From a virus (Duplodnaviria; Caudoviricetes): a stretch of DNA of 37,623 bases. Position numbers and translations under genes: made by a program. Below the pieces are notes generated by a model. It was given only the letters and a program-made list of their open reading frames with translations, was not told the DNA's origin and ran no database searches. Positions 19,533-27,209 of this stretch are shown piece by piece (position 1 is the first letter of the stretch; every line of letters starts with the position of its first letter). Location: IMG/VR virus record IMGVR_UViG_3300031953_000064, positions 1 through 37,623 of that record; one strand, written 5' to 3'.

Positions 19533-19979
19533 ATGTACAAATTAACCAGTAGTGCCAGTATTAACCGCCAAAGAGACGGCGCATCCATTCCATTCGACTC
19601 AGCTAACCGGGATTATGCGGAGTATCTGGAGTGGCTGGCTCAAGGCAATACCCCTGAGCCATGGCAGACACAAGCAGAGCAGCTTGTTGCTGTACAACAA
19701 GATCTGACAACTGCGCTCAATAGACACTTGAACACGGTAGCCGGTGAGCGTAGTTACGATGACCGCTTTACCTGCTCATTGCGCGCAGGCTACCCCGGCC
19801 CATTCCAAGCAGAGGGGCAGGCTTTCGCCGCATGGATGGATGACTGCAACATGCTCGCTTATCAGATTATGGCTGACGTTAAGAAGGGCTTGCGCCCTAT
19901 ACCAACAGAAGCTGAACTGATAGCAGAGTTGCCAGTGATAGTATGGCCAGCATCACCAGTGCCAGAAGGTGCTGAATGA
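19533..19979 (+). CDS. Tail fibre assembly/chaperone-like protein
   Basis: IPFDSANRDYAEYLEWL..GNTPEP; PTEAELIAELP motifs; follows the fibre gene. Confidence 0.6.
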   Translation: MYKLTSSASINRQRDGASIPFDSANRDYAEYLEWLAQGNTPEPWQTQAEQLVAVQQDLTTALNRHLNTVAGERSYDDRFTCSLRAGYPGPFQAEGQAFAAWMDDCNMLAYQIMADVKKGLRPIPTEAELIAELPVIVWPASPVPEGAE

Positions 19980-20404
19980 CCGTTCAGCTAGCACTACGCA
20001 AGAATGACACCCGGCTATCTGCGCGTGCTATTCATTGGTGGACTGGATCGATTTACAGTCACTGTGAGTTAGTTGTAGATGGTTGGTGTTACAGCTCTTC
20101 TGTCATGGACAAAGGTGTACGCCGCAAGCGCATAGACCTCAAGCCTGACAAGTGGGATCTGATCGAGCTGCCTTGGGCTAATGCTGCCGATGTGCAGCAC
20201 TACTTCGCGCAGACGGATCACTATCGCTACGGGTGGCCGTCGCTGATCACGTCGCAGCTGTTCAACTTAAACAGGGCAGTGAGGGGCGCAGAGTTCTGTT
20301 CGGAGTGGTGCGCCAAGGCTGTCGGACTTCCAAGTGCGAGCAGCTACAGCCCTGGATCGCTGGGGGATATTTGCGGCTGGATCGTGCGCAAAACCCCTGC
20401 GTAA
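19976..20404 (+). CDS. Permuted papain-like NlpC/P60 (YiiX/YaeF-like) cysteine hydrolase
   Basis: His before Cys: YSHCELV ... Y ... FCSEWCA ... SPGSL. Confidence 0.75.
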   Translation: MTVQLALRKNDTRLSARAIHWWTGSIYSHCELVVDGWCYSSSVMDKGVRRKRIDLKPDKWDLIELPWANAADVQHYFAQTDHYRYGWPSLITSQLFNLNRAVRGAEFCSEWCAKAVGLPSASSYSPGSLGDICGWIVRKTPA

Positions 20405-20444
20405 GTCATTGATTCTAAACGTGGCGAAATGCTCAAAATGCCAG

Positions 20445-20474
20445 AAAAAGGCCGCTCTGAAAAGGGCGGTTTTT
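20445..20474. terminator. Bidirectional terminator at end of the late operon
   Basis: A-run GCCGCTC-loop-GGGCGGT T-run. Confidence 0.7.
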
Positions 20475-20567
20475 GTTTCTGATCAATAGCTTAGCCGAAC
20501 AGTGCCGCCTGCATGGGGTGCAAGTGCGCTAAGGCCAAATCGCAGACAAAAAATGCTGCTGGGACGG

Positions 20568-20807
20568 CTATTTCTTCGAATCGAAATCAGCCACGAAATC
20601 CTCTATGCAGGCTGCTATCTCGTCATCGGTTTCCATGAAGTATTGAGCCATGCTTCTTGCCGCCATTGCTGCAAGCTCATCCTCGGGTGAGGCCATCATT
20701 GCCCGCAAACAATCGGCGACAATCACCGCTGGTAGCCGGGCGATTATCTGGTATGAGAGGTATGTTTTTTCCTGATACAACTCAAGCTCGGAATGATCTT
20801 GCTTCAC
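20568..20807 (-). CDS. Small acidic hypothetical protein (moron beside attP)
   Basis: GTG start with SD GGAGAA; upstream extended -10 TGcTATGCT (20859-20867, minus strand). Confidence 0.6.
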   Translation of the reverse strand: MKQDHSELELYQEKTYLSYQIIARLPAVIVADCLRAMMASPEDELAAMAARSMAQYFMETDDEIAACIEDFVADFDSKK

Positions 20808-20997
20808 TGTGCTTTCTCCATAGTGATTTGAATCGGCGCGCCAAGCAGCCGTAGCGGTAGCATAGCATTTGCATCGTGGGGGAAATATGGGGGAATGAGA
20901 TCCCCCATGATCCCCCAAGCACGCTATAGCATCATGTGGAAAGGTGCGATTCTAGGGCCTTGTAGCGTATCGCAGGCCCATAGAATAAGGGGTCCAA

Positions 20998-21060
20998 ACG
21001 GATTCGAAATCCGTTGAACTGGCAACAGTTCCCAGGGTTCGAATCCCTGACTCTCCGCCA
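20998..21060 (+). other. attP core: 3' portion of tRNA-Ser(CGA)
   Basis: Anticodon arm ACGGA-TTCGAAA-TCCGT, long variable arm AACTG-GCAA-CAGTT, T-arm CAGGG-TTCGAAT-CCCTG, ends CCA; 5' part absent; next to integrase. Confidence 0.9.
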
Positions 21061-21066
21061 GAAATC

Positions 21067-21101
21067 AAAGGCTTAGCTCTCTTCGGAGGCTGAGCCTTTT
21101 T
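21067..21101 (+). terminator. Terminator replacing the host tRNA terminator after integration
   Basis: AAAGGCTTAGC...GCTGAGCCTTT followed by Ts. Confidence 0.7.
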
Positions 21102-21190
21102 CGTTTGCGGGGCCATTTGGTGCACTGGTGGGGGAATGGGTATCACCAGACCTGCTGGCGCGCTCCCCCAAGCGGGCGTAATATTCCCCC

Positions 21191-22171
21191 ATGGCATATA
21201 TCGAAAAACGCGGGGAAGCCTGGCGCGCCCAAGTAAGGCGCAAAGGCCACCGGACCATTTCAGCCACCTTTGATACCAAGGCCGATGCCCAGCGATGGGC
21301 GACCGAGATTGAGGGTGATATGTCGCGCGCGCGGTTTGTTGATATCAGGGAGGCGGAACAGACAAGCGTTGCCGATGCCTTGCGCCGATATCGACGCGAG
21401 ATAACCGACACGAAGAAAGGCGCCCGGCAGGAGTCCGTCAGGATCGACCGATGGCTTGAGGATGATATTGCGAAGAAGTCATTGGCCACGCTTCGGTCAT
21501 CTGACCTGGCCGCATGGCGTGATGAGCAGTTAAAGGAAGGGAAGGCCGGCAGCACGGTTCGACTGAATCTCGCAATCATCAGCCACCTTTACACCATTGC
21601 GATGAAAGAGTGGGGCATTCAGGGCATTACCAACCCCTGCGCCGCACTGCGAATGCCCAAGCCAAGCAAGTCACGCGACCGCAGGCCGAGCGCCGCAGAG
21701 CTGACCGCTGTCATTGATGCTGCTGCAAAGTATCACCGGGAATTGCCGATCATCATTCAGCTTGCAGTCGAGACGGCTATGCGCCGGTCTGAGTTGATCC
21801 TCCTGCGCCGTGAACAGATCCGGGGCAAGGTTGCCTATCTTGAGGACACAAAGAACGGGGAGCGCCGCAGCGTGCCGTTGTCGCAGAAGGCCCGCGACCT
21901 GATCGCCACACTGCCGACGCGCATTGACGGGCGCCTGTTCGAGATGATCCCGAACGCGGTCAGTAATACCTTCCCCAAGTCCTGCCGCGATGCCGGCATA
22001 GTAGGGCTGACGTTCCATGACCTGCGCCATGAAGCCACCAGCCGACTGTTTGAGGCTGGGTTCAATGTAATGGAAGTGGCGAGCATTACCGGCCACAAAA
22101 CTCTGGCAATGCTCAAGCGGTACACCCATCTTTCCCCGCATGATCTAGCCGACCGCATGGGCAGGACGTAA
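21191..22171 (+). CDS. int: Tyrosine integrase
   Basis: ETAMRRSE, TKNG, FHDLRHE, TGH, RYTHL catalytic motifs; adjacent to attP. Confidence 0.95.
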   Translation: MAYIEKRGEAWRAQVRRKGHRTISATFDTKADAQRWATEIEGDMSRARFVDIREAEQTSVADALRRYRREITDTKKGARQESVRIDRWLEDDIAKKSLATLRSSDLAAWRDEQLKEGKAGSTVRLNLAIISHLYTIAMKEWGIQGITNPCAALRMPKPSKSRDRRPSAAELTAVIDAAAKYHRELPIIIQLAVETAMRRSELILLRREQIRGKVAYLEDTKNGERRSVPLSQKARDLIATLPTRIDGRLFEMIPNAVSNTFPKSCRDAGIVGLTFHDLRHEATSRLFEAGFNVMEVASITGHKTLAMLKRYTHLSPHDLADRMGRT

Positions 22172-22399
22172 GCTGGTCGGCACCGCGCGCGGCCTGCCCT
22201 TCCTGACCGGCTGATGCATTCCCGCCTCATACTCTCCAAGGAACTTCAGCACGCTGGACCGCCGCCAGCACAGCTTCACGCCCTGCTTGAAATGGGGCGG
22301 CATCCACGAGGCCCTGTCGCGTACTGCTGATCTGATTGCGCACTCTGACCGATTCAGCATCTTGGCTATCTCCGGTATGTGCAGTATTTCTGATTCCAT
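22145..22399 (-). CDS. Excisionase-like HTH protein
   Basis: LHIPEIAKMLNRS...PP..K..WRRS; convergent with int; SD GGAGG. Confidence 0.7.
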   Translation of the reverse strand: MESEILHIPEIAKMLNRSECAIRSAVRDRASWMPPHFKQGVKLCWRRSSVLKFLGEYEAGMHQPVRKGRPRAVPTSLRPAHAVG

Positions 22400-22401
22400 T
22401 G

Positions 22402-23058
22402 CTATGCCTCCCGGCTCAGTTCGTTTTGCGCCTGTTCCCAGGCCGTCTGCACTTCATGAAGCTGCCCATATGCGCCGCCGTGGTCCGGGTGCGCGACCTT
22501 GCGGGCCTTCTGATACGCGGTCTTTGCCTCGGCCAAGCTGTCACCGTAGTAGCTCAGCACGTCACGCCATGACCGCCCGACTACCTGATCGGGCGCCGGC
22601 AGGGCATCAAAGCCGGTGAATGCCGCCTCAAACATCTGGCTACCGTGACGCTCAATGGTGCGCAGGGCTGCGATAGTTGCCGCGATGGCGCCTATGTTGT
22701 CCTCGATCCGTTGGTACATATCGCAGGGTATGCAGCGCTGCTTGCCGTCCAGGGCGAAGTAGACCGCTGCGCCCGGATCGTCCGGCGTGCGCTGTCCTGA
22801 GCGGGGCAACCCGTCATTGCGAAGCAGTAGGTCGGTGCTGATGATTACGTCCTCGGGATCGCACCGCCATGGCTGGCCGTTGCGGGTGTACTTGCCAATC
22901 TCATCGGTTACCCGGCGGCATGCCTGATGCAGGGTGAGCGGCTTGCTGCCCCAGCTACCCTGGTTCTTTGTGCCGAAGCGGGCAGGCTGGCGCTCATCAA
23001 ATAGCGTGCGCGGAAACCAGGCAGGCCATGTGAGCGGTGATCGTGTTGGTTCGGACAT
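22402..23058 (-). CDS. J-domain-containing protein
   Basis: WRDVL...KTAYQKARKVAHPDHGG...VQTAWE J-domain at C-terminus; SD GGAGG before ATG 23058. Confidence 0.85.
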   Translation of the reverse strand: MSEPTRSPLTWPAWFPRTLFDERQPARFGTKNQGSWGSKPLTLHQACRRVTDEIGKYTRNGQPWRCDPEDVIISTDLLLRNDGLPRSGQRTPDDPGAAVYFALDGKQRCIPCDMYQRIEDNIGAIAATIAALRTIERHGSQMFEAAFTGFDALPAPDQVVGRSWRDVLSYYGDSLAEAKTAYQKARKVAHPDHGGAYGQLHEVQTAWEQAQNELSREA

Positions 23059-23104
23059 TGCTATGCCTCCCGGCGTGTAGGGTGGTGCCAATAAATGTGA
23101 GTGG

Positions 23105-23377
23105 TTACTCTTCGTAGATGTCGTACTTGAGGCAGATGTCGTTAATGTCGATGCGCGCCCGGAAGGTGTAGAACTCTCCCTCGTAGATGCCAGCCTGACT
23201 GACATGCAGCCGCCCCGGCAGTATCTTGAATCGCTCGGCCTCCGCATTCTTGATGGTCTGCCACTCTTCGGGCGTCATGTCTTCCTCGCCCATGTTACTG
23301 TTCAGCAGCCAGTCGCTTGCCTCGCAGTCGTACTCCTTGCGAGCGACAGGTTTCGAGTCTCGCAATATTCTGCTCAC
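23105..23377 (-). CDS. Hypothetical protein
   Basis: ARKEYDC motif; coupled to upstream gene. Confidence 0.7.
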   Translation of the reverse strand: MSRILRDSKPVARKEYDCEASDWLLNSNMGEEDMTPEEWQTIKNAEAERFKILPGRLHVSQAGIYEGEFYTFRARIDINDICLKYDIYEE

Positions 23378-23919
23378 TCCCCACCTTCCTTGCCCTGCTG
23401 GGCTAGGGCTGTGCGGGCATCATGCAGCGCGGCTCCGTACTCAGATAGGCCGCAGGCAGAGGTCAGGCGCTGTAAAAGACTCTCCAACTCCACTATCCGC
23501 GCCTTGTCTGCTGCGCGGGAGGCTTCGAGTTGTTGGATATCGGCGACACGGTGCCGTGTGCCTTGATGCCTGCCTTCGTCATAGCCTCGCTGGTAGCTGC
23601 CTCCTGGCTGTGTTCCTTGCATAGCCGCTTCGTGGTCGGATAGGCGGATTACTGGCTCGGTTCCGAAGTCATGTTCATTCGGGTACAGCATCACGCTTTG
23701 AGCCTGTGATAGCCTATAAAGACCATCGTCAGACACAAAACCAACCACCTCCGGTTTATCGCTCATGGCTGCTGCTGTCGGTGGATTATAAAAATCGTTC
23801 ATGCATTTTGTGTTGCATACATAGCGGTGCATCTGCGCGTGCATGCAGGTCTTCATTTCCGATACAGGCTTTTTGGTTCCGCAAGCGGAGCAGCGTTTCA
23901 CCTCCGGTTTATCGCTCAT
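23374..23919 (-). CDS. Hypothetical protein with N-terminal Zn-finger module
   Basis: SD AGGAG before ATG 23919; CSAC...CMH...HRYVC...C; duplicated MSDKPEV. Confidence 0.65.
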   Translation of the reverse strand: MSDKPEVKRCSACGTKKPVSEMKTCMHAQMHRYVCNTKCMNDFYNPPTAAAMSDKPEVVGFVSDDGLYRLSQAQSVMLYPNEHDFGTEPVIRLSDHEAAMQGTQPGGSYQRGYDEGRHQGTRHRVADIQQLEASRAADKARIVELESLLQRLTSACGLSEYGAALHDARTALAQQGKEGGE

Positions 23920-24529
23920 GGCTCTTCTCCTGCTGGCGGTGGGCGGATAGGGCTTCTTGAGCCGCTGCCGCCTCCGCATGCATGTTCGCTTCACTGGCCC
24001 ACATTGCTCTCGCTGCGTTCTCCAGCGCCTCCACCAACCCAGCCACACCAGTCTGCCCATCCCGAAAGCCCTGTGCAGCCTGATCGGCCATGTCGTGCGC
24101 GGTGTATTGCTCTGCGTCCAGTTCGGTGCCGATACAAGGCGAGGGCTGGGGGGCTGCTCTTGCACAGACTTCGGTTATAGCTTTAGCTAGTTGCAGCTCA
24201 GCGCCCATCATGCGGATAACGTCTGCCGCAGACATACATGAGTACCCTAGCTCGTTACTGGCTATTATCGCTTCTTCGTACCAGCTTTCGTAATTGTCTT
24301 CAGGCTCCCGCTCCACCCGCTCAGCAGGGGCAGGGGCTGCGAGCATCTTTTCCAGATCGTTCATCGCAATCTCTGCTTGCTCCGCATCTGTCTGCGTCGA
24401 TGTCTTTATTTCTGCGAACTGAAGCAGGTGCAACAGGTCCGCGACCCTCGCCCGAAACGCCAAGCCGCTCGGCACTGCCTGCCCACCCGACACCAGCACA
24501 CCTGGCGTCATTGCGTGTTCTTGTTTCAT
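23909..24529 (-). CDS. Hypothetical protein (mosaic early-left family)
   Basis: SD GGAG; YTAHDMADQAAQGFRDG, LVEALE motifs. Confidence 0.7.
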   Translation of the reverse strand: MKQEHAMTPGVLVSGGQAVPSGLAFRARVADLLHLLQFAEIKTSTQTDAEQAEIAMNDLEKMLAAPAPAERVEREPEDNYESWYEEAIIASNELGYSCMSAADVIRMMGAELQLAKAITEVCARAAPQPSPCIGTELDAEQYTAHDMADQAAQGFRDGQTGVAGLVEALENAARAMWASEANMHAEAAAAQEALSAHRQQEKSHER

Positions 24530-24539
24530 GGCTCACTCC

Positions 24540-24725
24540 TCAATCGTGGCTGCCGCCTTCGCTGTCAATTCCGATAGGCTCAAATTCCGGCAACTGCTTA
24601 CGCCGGGCGTCGTTTAGCTTCTGCTTGTTCTGGTGGTAAAACTGCGCCAGATCCGCATCGCTCATATATCGGGCGATGCGGACGAAGACGCGGGGCTCTG
24701 GCTGCCTGGTTGTTTGTTGGGTCAT
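24540..24725 (-). CDS. Hypothetical protein
   Basis: ATGA overlap with the methyltransferase gene; SD GGAGG. Confidence 0.6.
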   Translation of the reverse strand: MTQQTTRQPEPRVFVRIARYMSDADLAQFYHQNKQKLNDARRKQLPEFEPIGIDSEGGSHD

Positions 24726-25399
24726 GCAACCTCCGACATGATTTGATTTTTAAGATGCGGCGCGTTCGACAGAAACACAGCTTCGGCAAAACCTCGAGGC
24801 GTTGCGCTGCGAAAGTTCCCGCGATCCGGTCCGGGCGGCGCCGCATGTATGCGGTTATCAGGCTTGCCCAATGATTCGTCCTTGCGGGGCTCCGGCATCA
24901 CGAAGCCGCCGCCCGTCCACAGGCAAGTCTTTTTGGTGTAGTTGTCGTCCGCACACAGCGCCGTGTAGTCGCTCGGGTGGAATGTATGGTCAGGCTTGCG
25001 CCATAGGCTGCTGATCTGGCTCACAGGGTTCTCGGCAAACCATGGGGCGCCAGACAGCTCGCCTATGACCTGGCACTGGTGGACGACGTGCATCGCCTTA
25101 AATTGGACTGCCGGGTCAATCTTGCGCTTAGCCTCAAACCATCGGGCGCCTGATACGGCAAGGTCAGTACAGGGCGGGAAGCCTGCCACCAACACAACAA
25201 GCCCGCTGCGGACTGCCTTGCCTATCACGGCCCATGCATCGGGGTCGTCGATCACATGCCCGACCTTGGTTATATTGCCGATAGTGTGGGCGCCGGGCTG
25301 ATGCTGCGGATCTACCAGAATGCAGTGATACCCTGCACGCGCCCACGGCTCTGCCATGATCCCTGTGACATCGCACAGGAGTATCGCTATTCCTTTCAT
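24722..25399 (-). CDS. Short phage C5-cytosine DNA methyltransferase-like protein
   Basis: Motif IV FPPCTDL, motif VI ENPV, YTKKTCLW, RSATPRGFA; degenerate motif I LCDVTG. Confidence 0.75.
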   Translation of the reverse strand: MKGIAILLCDVTGIMAEPWARAGYHCILVDPQHQPGAHTIGNITKVGHVIDDPDAWAVIGKAVRSGLVVLVAGFPPCTDLAVSGARWFEAKRKIDPAVQFKAMHVVHQCQVIGELSGAPWFAENPVSQISSLWRKPDHTFHPSDYTALCADDNYTKKTCLWTGGGFVMPEPRKDESLGKPDNRIHAAPPGPDRGNFRSATPRGFAEAVFLSNAPHLKNQIMSEVA

Positions 25400-25426
25400 G
25401 GGATTACCTCAAGATGGTTAAGCGGC

Positions 25427-25621
25427 TCAGCCGGTCGCCCTGGTCGCATAGTTGCAAATGTCCCGCACAGTCGAGCGCGAGCATTGATACTTGCGTGCCA
25501 GCATGGTCAGGCCGTTGACGTAGGGTATGTACTCGGCGCGCATGGCCTGTACCTGCTCGGTTGTTAGCTTTGCGCGGTGATGGCATTCGCCGACCCGGTG
25601 CCCGGTGTGGTTGCGGGTCAT
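25427..25621 (-). CDS. Small HTH DNA-binding protein
   Basis: [14 protein letters not shown]...[15 protein letters not shown]. Confidence 0.7.
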   Translation of the reverse strand: MTRNHTGHRVGECHHRAKLTTEQVQAMRAEYIPYVNGLTMLARKYQCSRSTVRDICNYATRATG

Positions 25622-26133
25622 ACGATCAGCGCAAATGCGCCTCGGTAGGGGTTCGCGAAAGGAATGTCGTCGTCGAAGCTATCGTAGTCCGGCGCTGCTT
25701 GCTGCTGTGCGGCTGTCCGTGCGGGCTGTTGCTGCGGGGCCTGTTGCCGTGGCGCTTGCTGTGCTGGCCGCGCTGCGCCCTGTTCCTGCGGCTTACCATC
25801 AAGCAATTGCATCTGCCCGCCGATGTCCACCACGATCTCGGTGGTATAGCGTTTAACGCCATCCTTGTCCCATTCGCGGGTCTGCAATCGGCCTTCGATA
25901 TACATCTTCGACCCTTTGCGGACGTACTCGCCAACTACCTCGGCAATGCGCCCGAAGAAAACAACGCGGTGAAACTCTGTGCGCTCCTGCTTGGCCCCTG
26001 TCTGCTTGTCTTTCCACTGGTCAGAAGTGGCAATAGATAGATTCGCGACCGCGTTACCGTTGGGTAGGTATCTAACCTCTGGATCTGCGCAGGCATTCCC
26101 TAGAATGATCGCTTTATTTACACCTCTAGCCAT
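25618..26133 (-). CDS. ssb: Single-stranded DNA-binding protein
   Basis: [37 protein letters not shown]; SD AGGAG. Confidence 0.95.
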   Translation of the reverse strand: MARGVNKAIILGNACADPEVRYLPNGNAVANLSIATSDQWKDKQTGAKQERTEFHRVVFFGRIAEVVGEYVRKGSKMYIEGRLQTREWDKDGVKRYTTEIVVDIGGQMQLLDGKPQEQGAARPAQQAPRQQAPQQQPARTAAQQQAAPDYDSFDDDIPFANPYRGAFALIV

Positions 26134-26198
26134 GATCGAACTCCTTTCTGTTGGGCAGCATAAGCCGCCCGTGATTCTGGGATTGGTGACTGCATTGG

Positions 26199-26567
26199 TT
26201 ATTCCCCTCTCGCCAGATCGCATTGCACACCTGTACGGTCAAAGTGCAGGTCTTCAATCTGGTGCTGCTGATGGATGGTGAACAGCGGGTTGCATGTCTG
26301 GCAGTGACCGGAAACCTCAACGGCTTGAGCCGCGATCTCGTTGCTTCGGTAATCACGGCGGCACGCGGGACAGTTGATCAGTGATCCGTCTTCGGCACTG
26401 TCGCCACAGCATTCAGCTGCTTCATCCTCGCCCTCATGTACTTCATCGCATAGGTCGCACCGGTAGAGCTCTTCAATGCGAGGCTTGCAGCAGTCTTCTG
26501 CACCATCCTCATCGTCGTGGATTTCTTCGCACTCGCAGCACTTCCACACCTCTGTGTAAGTAGCCAT
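26199..26567 (-). CDS. Cys-rich acidic putative zinc-binding protein
   Basis: Two CxxCxExH..AxxCC repeats plus CPAC and CQTC; SD GGAG. Confidence 0.7.
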   Translation of the reverse strand: MATYTEVWKCCECEEIHDDEDGAEDCCKPRIEELYRCDLCDEVHEGEDEAAECCGDSAEDGSLINCPACRRDYRSNEIAAQAVEVSGHCQTCNPLFTIHQQHQIEDLHFDRTGVQCDLARGE

Positions 26568-26596
26568 ATTGTTCTCCGTGACTGAAAATCGTGACG

Positions 26597-26845
26597 CTAT
26601 GGACTCCGCAACAGATCAGCGATCTGCTCGTCATCCATGCGCGCGATGTTGTTGATCATTCGGGTTATGGCATCGTCCCGCTCGTCTAGGCCGGCAACGG
26701 TCATAACCCGTTCAAGCTTTTCGGCGGTGCCTTTGAATATCGGGGTCTTGAGGTGGTAGGCGAGCAGGGCGGCTAGGCGTTCTTCTTCTTTTAGCTTTGC
26801 CCTGGCCCGCTCAGCCTGTTTTCTTTCTGCTGGGGTTTGAGCCAT
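26597..26845 (-). CDS. Hypothetical protein
   Basis: MAQTPAERKQAERAR start typical of phage early proteins. Confidence 0.7.
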   Translation of the reverse strand: MAQTPAERKQAERARAKLKEEERLAALLAYHLKTPIFKGTAEKLERVMTVAGLDERDDAITRMINNIARMDDEQIADLLRSP

Positions 26846-27209
26846 GTGTTATCCATTGCTTGGCGGTTGGTAGTTCTTCGAGGCTGGTGTAGACCGGTAT
26901 GCCCAGGTGCCTGGCTTCGATCATTTCGGCCACTGTGCCGCATGAGCGTGTGTAACCAGTGCACAGCACTACGGCATCACAGCGGCGCATTAGCTCAAGG
27001 GTTGCTTGCAGCCAGAACTCATCACCTACCCCGGGCTCTATCTCATCTAGGCCACCGGTGTTGGCATGAGGGATGATCGGTGACCAGCCTTTAAAGCAGC
27101 AGTGAAGGCCGGTCTGGCGGGCGGACTGGATGTTGAGCTCTACGCCTGCCCGGCTCTTGGCGCGATAGGGCCCAGCGACATACACCACCGGGATTGGCTC
27201 TTTACGCAT
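26811..27209 (-). CDS. DUF4406-like (nucleoside deoxyribosyltransferase-fold) protein
   Basis: VYVAGPY...PIIPH...CDAV...SCG..AE motifs. Confidence 0.7.
   Translation of the reverse strand: MRKEPIPVVYVAGPYRAKSRAGVELNIQSARQTGLHCCFKGWSPIIPHANTGGLDEIEPGVGDEFWLQATLELMRRCDAVVLCTGYTRSCGTVAEMIEARHLGIPVYTSLEELPTAKQWITHGSNPSRKKTG

Larger units (their letters stand above)
20877..21191. repeat. TGGGGGA(A/T) repeats flanking attP (probable Int arm sites) plus IHF site
   Basis: Direct copies at 20877, 20888, 21129; inverted copies at ~20900, 20910, 21164, 21183; IHF consensus AATCAAAGGCTTA at 21063-21075. Confidence 0.7.

Noticed and set aside
14206-19979. Diversity-generating retroelement or invertible fibre cassette
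   Set aside because: No reverse transcriptase, no template/variable repeat pair, no inverted fibre segments or flanking inverted repeats noticed
20877-20917. CRISPR-like mini array
   Set aside because: Repeats are only 8-9 bp with no spacers; better explained as integrase arm sites
20998-21060. Functional tRNA-Ser gene
   Set aside because: Lacks the 5' acceptor strand and D-arm; it is the attP copy
23920-24165. N-terminal extension of the 263-aa ORF
   Set aside because: Overlaps the 23909-24529 gene; SD supports start at 23919
25700-25790. CAG-rich low-complexity repeats
   Set aside because: Ordinary Gln/Ala/Pro linker of SSB
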